A stretch of 64,000 bases of DNA, from positions 736,001 to 800,000 of the forward strand of contig OZ219747.1 of assembly GCA_964291265.2 (NCBI GenBank). Direction: 5' to 3'. The notes beneath the pieces were generated by a model. That model saw only the letters and a list, made by a program, of their open reading frames with translations, made no database searches and was not told where the DNA came from. Positions 30,932 to 39,754 of the stretch are shown one piece after another. The translations under genes were made by a program, and so were the position numbers. The stretch is from Alphaproteobacteria bacterium. GTDB taxonomy: Bacteria; Pseudomonadota; Alphaproteobacteria; SP197. Numbering within the stretch: position 1 is the stretch's first letter; each line of letters opens with the position of its first letter.

Positions 30932-31591
30932 GACGCGGTAGGGATGCGCATTGCTGCGCACCCCCCGCGCAGATCCGGACGTGGACGTTAATCCATCCGG
31001 CTCCTACCTCGGGTACTGGACGGCAAACCACTGGACTAGCCTGCGGCTTCCCGTATCCGATCCGCCGCCTGTGGCACGCTTGCCCGACACTGCGTTCGGT
31101 GCGTGCTTTAGCGTCCCGGATTCCCCTTGGTTGAGGCCCTTTCCTCCAGCGACTCCGCAGAAGCTAACGCTTCCTTGTTCGCCGCCTTCACAGGTACTAC
31201 GGCCTCATCCGACTTCTTCAAACCGTACATCATAGGCTTCGGTTTTCTCCTTCCCCATGCGGTCCCGCCACAACCGGCGGGACGGTTTGAAGATCTCCCA
31301 GGGTCCCAACAGAAGGCGTGCGGACGTGCATGGGTTCTCTGACACCGCGGGGCTCGCCGACATCTCACCAAATCGATGCCTGCGATGTTGCCTTCGACCA
31401 ATGCGAAAGCCTCGGCACCCCGGATGATAGCTTTTTCGGTGCTCATTAGCCCTGCCCATCCGTACCGCTACCGACGCTTCGCCTGCCCCCTCGCGGGAAC
31501 CGACGCACGGCTCGCGGAGAAACGTGGTTTGGTTACTCCTTCGTTCCAGGGGACTTTCACCCCCTACCTTCCGCCAGTTCGCCTGGCACAC
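30932..31591 (-). ncRNA. ORF-less group II intron (IIB-like), 660 nt
   Basis: 5' GTGTG; domain V GAGCCGGATG...CACGTCCGGATCTG; domain VI ending CCCTACCGCGTC; only the ends of the RT ORF remain (..FAVQYPR*). Confidence 0.88.
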
Positions 31592-31869
31592 CGCATGCTC
31601 GCTTCCGCCGCATCCGCACGAACCCGCTCCGCCTCATAGAGCGCACGCCAGTCAGGCGCCTCGCATGACAAGGCCACTGACGCCCGACATAGGCCGTCAC
31701 CACCTCCCGTCAGCTGCTGTGTCGCTCCGCGCGTCTCGGCAAAAGTCTTCATGGCCTCGACCATAATCGAGACCAAACGAGTTTACCAGCTCTTTCTCAG
31801 ACGATAGTCAGCAAGACCCAAACCAACCAAAATCAGCCATCACCGAACGGCCGAACGCTTACCTGCCAT

Positions 31870-32685
31870 TTACACGCCCTCGAACTGAGGTTCTGCGACA
31901 TCAAGGGGCAGGATCACGTTCCAACCCGTGGCCGTTCGGCCTTCACCCGGTTTGGCGGCCAAGGCGTATCGCGCTTGTCGCGGGGCGAGCGCGTGCAGCT
32001 TTTTGAGCGCGGCGCTTTCTACACCGAGCCGGCCCTGCTCGCGCTCCAGCCAATATCCCAGTGCGCCAGCCGCCGTCGCGTTGCCGAGTGCGCGCGCGTG
32101 GCGGACCAAGACGGCGGCGTCGACGCGCGCCACCAAATCAAGCGAATTGAAAAGCTCCTCCGCACCGCCTGCGAGATCATAGCGATCAAAGAGATCCGCG
32201 ATTGTCCGTTCGATCGTCGTCACACGGACATCGAGTCCCATGCGGTCAACGACCGTAACGCCATCAGCCAGGCTTCCATTCTTGTGGGTCAAGCCCCTCG
32301 GCGGCTTCACGAACCGGCACGAGAAATCTGCGGTCTCGACGACGCCCGGCCCGCCGGGTGCGATGACCTGCACCTCATGGCCTTCCGTATAGGCGCAGCC
32401 GTGAAGCTCAAGGGCCGAGTGATAGGCGATGACGCCGCCGCGCCGCAGGCGGGACGCCGCCAGGAAGCGGTCGACCGACCATGTGGCGGAATTGGCATGC
32501 TTGGGGACGGAGGCGAAGACGCCCCGCGCGATGCGCTTGATATTGCCGGCCTGAAGGTGCTGGGCGAGCATCGCCGTGACCACCTTGTCATCGGAGCGAC
32601 GGCCGACCGCGGCAGCATACTCGGCCCGGTTGAAGACCGGCCTGGCGCTGAATAACGGGGCTGAAACGAGCCTGGACATGATCAT
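31870..32685 (-). CDS. AbiEi-family antitoxin / transcriptional regulator (type IV TA)
   Basis: IKRIARGVF, IAYHSALELHG, VRVTTIERTIAD; stop abuts the original toxin ATG. Confidence 0.85.
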   Translation of the reverse strand: MIMSRLVSAPLFSARPVFNRAEYAAAVGRRSDDKVVTAMLAQHLQAGNIKRIARGVFASVPKHANSATWSVDRFLAASRLRRGGVIAYHSALELHGCAYTEGHEVQVIAPGGPGVVETADFSCRFVKPPRGLTHKNGSLADGVTVVDRMGLDVRVTTIERTIADLFDRYDLAGGAEELFNSLDLVARVDAAVLVRHARALGNATAAGALGYWLEREQGRLGVESAALKKLHALAPRQARYALAAKPGEGRTATGWNVILPLDVAEPQFEGV

Positions 32686-33088
32686 GCTTCAATGGAATTG
32701 GTGAAGGCAATATATCACATATGGTTCCACCACCAGTGGACCCAAGTTTGACGAGAGATTCTACACAACACTGTTCCATAGGGGATCAGGGGGATGCAAA
32801 GCCCTCCAGGCACTGCGTTTGCAAGCGTTCGGTCACGCAGTGGACAGGGACACGGTGGAACAGAGCGCATGCGTGCGAGATCCGGGACGGTGCGTGGGTG
32901 CCACCGTCACCCTCATCATCGTCACCCTTGTGACCGAGCGCTTACATGCCCGGTCCCTGCCACGTCGGCACCCCAGACCCGACAACACGATGGGCCTTGC
33001 ACGGATTTGCGGTGTTGACACTTGCCAGCTGCGCGAGGTACGGTGTGGCTGAGTAGGGTTCCTGCGTGGCAGGGAGATCGAGGTCGGC

Positions 33089-33505
33089 ATGAAGGCGTCA
33101 GGCGCCATTGCGATTGAGGATCGGTCTCGTTCATCCGGACGGGACAGGACTACTTCGCACATGCGAGCCGACGTCGTACCCCTCCCCCCCCCCCCCGAAA
33201 TCCAGGCGCGAGGTTGGGCCGCCGGCCCTCTTGAGAGACCCGCTCCTAAGCAGCGCCTTCCTCGCCCGTGCGCCCTCTCGGGGGAACATCGGCGCAGGCA
33301 GATGAACACGACGCCGGGTCGTGCGCGAGAGCGCGGGCGCCGTGGCGGCGGCGCGACCACATCGAGACCGGGCCGAATGACTCCTGCCACGACCTCCCCG
33401 AGGCCGTGGCTCCATTCCTTGTCCTCTGTGCCCCATCGCCCCGCCGTGCGCCCGTTCCGGCGACCGTCGGTCGATAGGCGCCGCGGATGGGCATGTTCCA
33501 CCTGA
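33089..33505 (+). other. Poly-C leader ORF (C13 at 33184-33196) ending at the RBS of the RTX-like gene
   Basis: Homologous to the autotransporter leader; TGA overlaps AAGGAG 13 nt before ATG 33519. Confidence 0.5.
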
Positions 33506-33518
33506 AGGAGACGAAACG

Positions 33519-34823
33519 ATGGCACTGTTATGGGGTACCTCCTTGGCCGAAACGCTTACAGGCGGGTCGGGAGCAGACGAGATCTGGGGCTGGGGCGGCG
33601 ACGACATCCTGAGAGGCGGCGGCGGCAACGACGAGCTCTACGGTGGCGACGGCGACGACACGCTGGAAGGCGGCGACGGCAACGACGATCTCTACGGCGA
33701 GGCCGGCGGCGACACGCTGAAGGGCGGCGCCGGCAATGACCTCATGTACGGCGACGAAGGCGACGACACGCTGGAAGGCGAAGCCGGCAATGACACGATG
33801 TTCGGCGGCGCCGGCGACGACACGATGTCAGGCGGCGCCGGCAACGACATCTTGGCTGGCCGTGAAGGCGACGACACGCTGAAAGGCGGCGCCGGCGTTG
33901 ACTACGTGCACGGCGAAGCCGGCAACGACACGGTGGAGGGCGGCGCCGGCAACGACTTCCTGACGGGCGGTGCCGGTAACGACACGTTCGTCTTCAACTC
34001 CGGCGACGGCGACGACACCATTTGTTGTGGTTTCGAGAAGGGTAAGGACAAGATCAAGTTCGTCGGCGTGAGCGGCGCGACCCAATTCAGTGATCTGGCG
34101 ACCCCCACTGCATCCAATGTTCTCAACGATGATAACGAAAAGATCGGCACCAAGTTCGTTGTGGCCTACGGCAGCGGCGCCAACGCGGGCACGATCACGT
34201 TAACGGTAGCCGGCTCGGGGACGGTAACCCTCGAAGCGACCGACTTCGAATTTGACACCACGGGTTTGCAGAGATTCGGCAATCCACACAAGGCGCAGAC
34301 GCTGACGGGCAGCGACGGCAACGACAAGCTCCGCGGCGGCGCGGGCGAAGACAAGCTGACGGGCGGCGCGGGCGACGACACGCTCCGCGGCGGCGCCGGC
34401 GACGACACGCTGTCGGGGGGCGACGGCGACGACAAGCTCCGCGGCGGTGCGGGCCACGACACGCTGACGGGCGGCGCGGGCGACGACACGCTCCGCGGCG
34501 GCGCGGGCCACGACACGCTGTCGGGGGGCGACGGCGACGACACACTCCGTGGCGGCGCGGGTGACGACACGCTGTCGGGGGGCGACGGCGACGACACCTT
34601 CGTCTATCGCGGCCAGGTGGGTAACGACACCATTGCAGACTTCGAGGCGGGGGACATCATCCGGCTGAAGTCCATTGACGGAGTGGACGCGTTCTCTGAT
34701 CTCGCCATTGATCATCTGACGATCGGGGCGGGAGACGGGTTCACGATCGCCTTCGGCGACGATGTGCTCACCATCATGACCGACCTGGACACGCTGACGG
34801 CCGAGCACTTCGACTTCGCCTGA
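33519..34823 (+). CDS. RTX/hemolysin-type calcium-binding repeat protein
   Basis: Two blocks of GGxGxDxLx nonapeptides (27-bp tandem units); AGGAG RBS; no N-terminal signal peptide. Confidence 0.9.
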   Translation: MALLWGTSLAETLTGGSGADEIWGWGGDDILRGGGGNDELYGGDGDDTLEGGDGNDDLYGEAGGDTLKGGAGNDLMYGDEGDDTLEGEAGNDTMFGGAGDDTMSGGAGNDILAGREGDDTLKGGAGVDYVHGEAGNDTVEGGAGNDFLTGGAGNDTFVFNSGDGDDTICCGFEKGKDKIKFVGVSGATQFSDLATPTASNVLNDDNEKIGTKFVVAYGSGANAGTITLTVAGSGTVTLEATDFEFDTTGLQRFGNPHKAQTLTGSDGNDKLRGGAGEDKLTGGAGDDTLRGGAGDDTLSGGDGDDKLRGGAGHDTLTGGAGDDTLRGGAGHDTLSGGDGDDTLRGGAGDDTLSGGDGDDTFVYRGQVGNDTIADFEAGDIIRLKSIDGVDAFSDLAIDHLTIGAGDGFTIAFGDDVLTIMTDLDTLTAEHFDFA

Positions 34824-35483
34824 TGCGTTGCGCTGCCTCCGCAGGGGTTGCGGTGTTCGGCCCGGCATCCGGAGAGGCCGTCGGCAGTGCCGCCCCGCGG
34901 GTGGCGTCCAAGAGTTTGTTCCTTACGTCGTCGCGATGCCTGTATTTCTCTTGGGTGGCCTCAGCCCAAGCCATGGTACCCACCACATGTGGTGTTGTGT
35001 GCCTAACGAAATGCCATGATTCGTGATCATACGCGACTTAAGCAACAAACTCCAGGGTCGCCGCCCCTGTGCACCGTCGACCGCAGTCTGATCACCGGTT
35101 GAAGCATCCCTGAGGATGGTCGCGCGCCATCCCCCTCAGACATGCACATGTTCGTGGTCGGTCTCGCCCGTGGTGCCGGCTTCCGGCCCCGCGACATGTG
35201 TAGACCGCTTCCGGGAACCGGCGAGCGTTGAGGACCGGAGACGGCGTGAACAGGACTCTTCCATTGTCGTCCCGGCGGTCGGCACATGCTGAACCTGGGG
35301 TGACGGTCGAGCTCGACCCGTGGCGCATGTTGAGCACCGCTCCGGGACCGCCTGGTGGAGGAGCGTCACGACCTGAAATGACACGGCGTCATCGCAAGGG
35401 GTTGAGCGCCATGTCGCCCTGGCGGGCGAGACCCAAGGTTGTGCGCTGGTCGGCCCGGCAACCGGGCCGAGTTCAGGCTTGCC

Positions 35484-37899
35484 CTGCCATGTCATGAAAA
35501 TTAGGTCTGGACGTGCCACTCGGTCTGCGCTAGCTTGCCGCCATGATGGCACGATCCAGCATTCTCCACACTCTGCGCGAGGACGGGGCCCGGGCGCGCG
35601 TTGCTGCCATCCTGTCGCGGGAGCAGCACTCTGGCCGTCGGGCTGCGAGCCGCCGGGTATGCGAGGAGTTTTCGTTCCGGGACGCGGCCGGGCGTTGGCA
35701 GCTGTCGAGTTGTCTGAAGGCCCTGACCACGTTGGCATTGTCGTATCCGGAGATCCGACTTCCGGCGGCGCAGGCTGCTGCCGTGGACAACTCTCCGCGT
35801 CTTCTTGACGGAGAAGTGCCGCTGCCGGTCGGGGTGCCGTCCCGTCTGTCCGGGATTGCGCAGGTGCAACTGTCGGTGGTGACCGAGGTTTCGGAGCGAA
35901 CGGTATGGAACACGTTGATGGCGCGCGAGCATCCTCATGGCATGACGACGTTTGCCGGCTGTCAGGTGCGCTATCTTGTGACGTCGGAGCACGGGATCCT
36001 GGGTGCGGTCGGGATCTCGGCGGCGGCGTTGACGGGCGAGGCCCGCGATCGCTGGATGGCATGGACGCCGTCCCAGCGGCGGGATCATCTCCAGCGGGTG
36101 GTCTGTCTGAGTCGGTTTCTGCTTCGGGTGCGGTGCCGGCACCTGGCGAGCCATGTTCTGGGGCGACTTCTCCGGCGCCTACCGAGGGATTTCGAGGCCC
36201 GGTATGGGTTCCGTCCCCTGGTGGTGGAAACCTATGCGGACGAGGGCTATGCCGGGACCTGCCTGCGGGCTGCGAACTTCGTGTGTGCGGGGCGGACGAA
36301 GGGTCGGGGTCGTCAGGATCGTCACCATCGCGCTGCCAAGACCGTCAAGACGGTCTGGATGCGCGGTCTGGATCGGCGCTGGCGACGCAAGCTGGGAGTG
36401 GGTCCGGTCGACCCTGCCTGGTCGCTGGGACCCGGAGACGGTCTGGATGGTGCGGTGTGGGCGGCGAACGAATTCGGAGGGGCTCCCTTGGGTGACAAGC
36501 GACTGTCGGCACGCCTGGTGAAGAGTGCGGCTCTTCTGGCCTCCTGTCCCGGTTCCAAGATTCACGCGAGCACGGATGCCGACAACACGGCGATCAGTGC
36601 TTTCTACCGCCTGATCGAGAAGCCGGTGGAGAGTGCGGTGACGGTGGCGAACATTCTTGCTCCGCATCGGGAGCGCACGATCCGGCGCATCCAGGGTCAA
36701 ACGACCGTGCTGGCGATTCAGGACGGGAGCGACCTCAATTTCTCCCGGCGGCCGGGATGCGAAGGTCTTCAGGTCATCGGCAAGAACCAGACCTCCTCGT
36801 CGGCCCGGGGTTTGCACCTGCATGCGACGCTGGCGGTGAGCGAGACGGGGTTGCCGCTCGGGGTTCTGCGTCTGGGGTTCGATGCGGTGAAGCAGCGCTC
36901 CCCGGCGGCCGAGGAGCGGTTGAAGAGCCGACGCTGGATGGAAGGCTTCAAGGACATCGACGAAGCGGTTCGCGACATCGCAAGCACGACGCGCGTGATC
37001 TCGGTCTGTGATCGGGAAGCGGACTTCTTCGAGCTGTTCGATCATCAACGTCTCAACCCACGGGTCGGGCTTCTGGTCCGAGCCCGACATGACCGGGTTC
37101 TCGGCAAGGGGCGCGCAAAGCTGTTTGCAACCTTGAGCGCAGGCTCGCCCGACGGCGGCATCACCGTCGAGGTCGACGGCCTGAGCGAGCGTCCGAAGGC
37201 GAGCCGAACGAAGGCGCGTGCGGCCCGACGCAAACGCGTGGCTCAGTGCGCACTGCGGTTCCGCCGCGTGACCTTGCCCTCCACCCTCGAAGGCCGGGCG
37301 CCGCTCGCCCTTTCCGGTGTCCACATCATCGAAACCGATCCTCCCGAAGGCGAGAACCCGGTGCAGTGGTTCCTGCTCACCACGCTCAAGGTGCGCAGCG
37401 CCGAGGACGCCGCCAGGATGGTTGGCTTCTACCTCCAGAGGTGGAAGGTCGAAGACTTCTTCCGCGTCCTCAAGTCAGGCTGCCGCACCGAGTTCCTGCT
37501 GTTCCGGACCGCAGAACGACTGCAGCGGGCCATCGCCATCAACGCCGTCATCGCCTGGCGCATCATGGTCATGACCCTGCTCGGACGGCAGGTTCCCGAC
37601 TGTGAGCCCGAGCTGATGTTCACCGATCAAGAGCTGAGCTTCCTGCGCGACTACGCCGCCGAGAAGCGCATGACGCCGCCCGACCGCCTCGGGGATGCCG
37701 TCCGCCTGGTGGCCCATCTCGGCGGGTACCAGGATCGCAAGCATGATCCCGAGCCCGGACACCAGATCATGTGGCACGGCGCGACCCGCCTGACCAGCGC
37801 CGTTCTTGGCCATCAAGTCGGCTTCCGGGCCGGACAGCGGCAACCCTTGCAACACATTCAGACCCTTGACGTCACGTCGTAATTGTCATTACTCGGCAG
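35484..37899 (+). mobile_element. IS4-family insertion sequence (copy C)
   Basis: TIRs CTGCCATGTCATGAAAATTA / CTGCCGAGTAATGACAATTA; flanks GGCTTGCC (35476-35483) and TGCTTGCC (37900-37907). Confidence 0.88.
35543..37882 (+). CDS. IS4-family transposase with N-terminal DUF4338 (DruA-like) domain
   Basis: RDRWMAW, LSRFLLR..HLASHVL, VETYAD.GYAGTCLRAANF; IQDGS, CDREAD, YLQRWKVE..RVLK. Confidence 0.9.
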   Translation: MMARSSILHTLREDGARARVAAILSREQHSGRRAASRRVCEEFSFRDAAGRWQLSSCLKALTTLALSYPEIRLPAAQAAAVDNSPRLLDGEVPLPVGVPSRLSGIAQVQLSVVTEVSERTVWNTLMAREHPHGMTTFAGCQVRYLVTSEHGILGAVGISAAALTGEARDRWMAWTPSQRRDHLQRVVCLSRFLLRVRCRHLASHVLGRLLRRLPRDFEARYGFRPLVVETYADEGYAGTCLRAANFVCAGRTKGRGRQDRHHRAAKTVKTVWMRGLDRRWRRKLGVGPVDPAWSLGPGDGLDGAVWAANEFGGAPLGDKRLSARLVKSAALLASCPGSKIHASTDADNTAISAFYRLIEKPVESAVTVANILAPHRERTIRRIQGQTTVLAIQDGSDLNFSRRPGCEGLQVIGKNQTSSSARGLHLHATLAVSETGLPLGVLRLGFDAVKQRSPAAEERLKSRRWMEGFKDIDEAVRDIASTTRVISVCDREADFFELFDHQRLNPRVGLLVRARHDRVLGKGRAKLFATLSAGSPDGGITVEVDGLSERPKASRTKARAARRKRVAQCALRFRRVTLPSTLEGRAPLALSGVHIIETDPPEGENPVQWFLLTTLKVRSAEDAARMVGFYLQRWKVEDFFRVLKSGCRTEFLLFRTAERLQRAIAINAVIAWRIMVMTLLGRQVPDCEPELMFTDQELSFLRDYAAEKRMTPPDRLGDAVRLVAHLGGYQDRKHDPEPGHQIMWHGATRLTSAVLGHQVGFRAGQRQPLQHIQTLDVTS

Positions 37900-38514
37900 T
37901 GCTTGCCGCCCGTGCGTGACCGCTGAATCGGCTGGTTGAGCTCAAGCAGCAGTTCCGGCGCCCGCGTCCGATGGCGAAGCAATCCCGGTTCGTCCTTCCC
38001 GGCGCAAGGAGGATGCCGACCTCGGCGACTGTCCGCTCAACATCGAGGCCGTGCACGGATATCCGGTCCTTCTCGGCGGACATTCGCCGATGTTGCGTGC
38101 TTCTCCGGGACTTGACGCTTGAGGCTTCGGCCGCGCGCTCACCGCGCTTGCATCGCCAGGGCCAGTCCGGGGAGTTCGTCATGGAGGACCTGACCGACGA
38201 TCCTTGCCGTGGCGCCGAACCGGAACGCGATCCCGGAGAGCCGGGCCGATGGCCACATCCGGGCTGACGCAGTCTGTTCGCCTGACCGAGGCGCCCGAGC
38301 GCCGCACCGCCGACAGACGCTGGCGCCGTGGTGGCCGGTGTCCGTCGGCGCCTCGCAGGATCAGCGGCCCGCCGCCGCACCCTGGTTCAGCTCGATCAGC
38401 CGGATGTTGTCCCCGTCTCCTCGACGCATCGCACGGGCGCCACCCCGACCAAGCTCGACACGCGCTTGGTTCGCCGCCTCAGCGCCAGGCTGCCATGGCG
38501 GGTACCCTTGTCCC

Positions 38515-39699
38515 TCAGGGCGGGTCGAGCGGCACCAGGTCGAGGATGTTGGCCTGGAAGAACGTCAGGGAGGTTTCGCCATGATCGGCCAGCTCGCCTG
38601 TCTTCATCATCGGTGAACGCAGGGCCTTCTGCTGTTGTTCGACGACCCACATGTCCTCGATCTGGAAGTCGAGGGCCTCCATCGCGTGACAGCCCAGTTC
38701 ATCGAGGGAGATATAGCGCCGGCCATCCTTCATGATGTGGCCATGACCGCTGGTGGCGCTTCTGCGCCCCTCCTTCTCCGGCTCCCCGTCCTTCTCCCGG
38801 GACGCCATCCAGGTGCGCAGGTCGAGGTAACAACGTTCCGGGCCGACCGGAACGATCACGTAGGCCGAAAAGAATATGGAGGTGGCCAGGACCCCGGAAT
38901 TGGGAAAGAACTGCCACACCACCGGGCGCCGTCCCGACATCGAGGTTCCCGGTATGGCGGCATGGTGCGAATTCTCCCGGGACGGATTTTCGCCGAAGCC
39001 AATGAAGACCCAGTGACGATGAACCGCGTCCCAGTCCTGATCCTCCACGTCGGGACCCATGAGAGTCCTGTCGTGGAGATAGCTCAGGTGATAGCCATCC
39101 ATCGCGTTCTCGCAGAACACCTTCCAGTTGCAGTGGATGTCGTAGCGTATCGGGCGTTTCTCGGACAGTCCTTCCAGTGAGTGGGGCCACATGTGGGTCC
39201 TGGGCATGGAGCCGATCCAGGTATCGAAGTCCTCGTCGGGCCGGGCCAGCGGATTGACAAACACGAGGTCACCGATGATCCCGACGCTGCCGGAGTGCAG
39301 GGGCCAGTCCGCCAGGTTCATGCCGGAAAAGCAGAGGTCCTTCTTCGGCAGTCCACGCAGACTTCCGTCATCGATGTTGTAGGTCCAGGCGTGATAGGGG
39401 CAGACGATGCCGTGGCGGCAGTTGCCCGCCCCCTCCTCGAAGATCTGTGTTCCCCGGTGTCGGCACGTGTTGTGGTAGGTGCGCAGGGAACCACCCCTCG
39501 TGCGCACTACGATCATGGGATAGCGGTTGATCTGAACCGCCTTGTAGTCCCCGGCATGCGGCACGTCCTGAACCGTGCAGGCGAAGGTCCAGGACCGGCT
39601 GAACAGCTCCTCGTGTTCCCGTTCGAACCAGGTGCTGGAATGGTAGCACTGCTTCGGCAGCAACTGCCGGGCTTCGCTCGGTTTCAGGGGAACGGTCAT
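38515..39699 (-). CDS. Rieske non-heme iron oxygenase alpha subunit
   Basis: CRH..CPYH Rieske motif; NWKVFCENAMDGYHLSYLH. Confidence 0.92.
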   Translation of the reverse strand: MTVPLKPSEARQLLPKQCYHSSTWFEREHEELFSRSWTFACTVQDVPHAGDYKAVQINRYPMIVVRTRGGSLRTYHNTCRHRGTQIFEEGAGNCRHGIVCPYHAWTYNIDDGSLRGLPKKDLCFSGMNLADWPLHSGSVGIIGDLVFVNPLARPDEDFDTWIGSMPRTHMWPHSLEGLSEKRPIRYDIHCNWKVFCENAMDGYHLSYLHDRTLMGPDVEDQDWDAVHRHWVFIGFGENPSRENSHHAAIPGTSMSGRRPVVWQFFPNSGVLATSIFFSAYVIVPVGPERCYLDLRTWMASREKDGEPEKEGRRSATSGHGHIMKDGRRYISLDELGCHAMEALDFQIEDMWVVEQQQKALRSPMMKTGELADHGETSLTFFQANILDLVPLDPP

Positions 39700-39754
39700 G
39701 TCCTGCATCTCCCTTGCTGGTGGCCTGCGGTGCGCGATCCGCCAAGGCCTGCCT

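Larger units (their letters stand above)
24419..31776 (-). pseudogene. Outer IS66 transposase in four pieces (31776-31592, 30931-29998, 27533-26932, 24494-24419)
   Basis: Removing the inserts restores EASMR|DLRR, GVVF|LVCDRY and NGGKP|PDDLDPWLPW; also CPCCG, HGDETSW, CWAHSRR, NNFAERTLR. Confidence 0.85.
24043..31862 (-). mobile_element. Outer IS66-family element containing three nested insertions
   Basis: TIR GTAAGCGTTCGG at both ends; 8-bp TSD CTGCCATT at 24035-24042 and 31863-31870. Confidence 0.92.

Noticed and set aside
30932-31591. Retron, DGR or reverse transcriptase system
   Set aside because: No RT ORF (no YADD-type motif) in the window and no adenine-specific template/variable repeat pair was seen.
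33560-34600. Regular 27-bp repeats as a possible CRISPR array
   Set aside because: In-frame RTX nonapeptide coding repeats with no unique spacers, and no cas genes nearby.
34830-35475. ORFs or structured RNA after the RTX gene; likewise 37900-38510 and 47520-48040
   Set aside because: No recognisable motifs, RBS or convincing RNA structure; probably decayed sequence.
2967-37882. Complete Druantia anti-phage system
   Set aside because: DruA-like domains occur only inside IS ends; no DruE-type or other Dru genes are adjacent.
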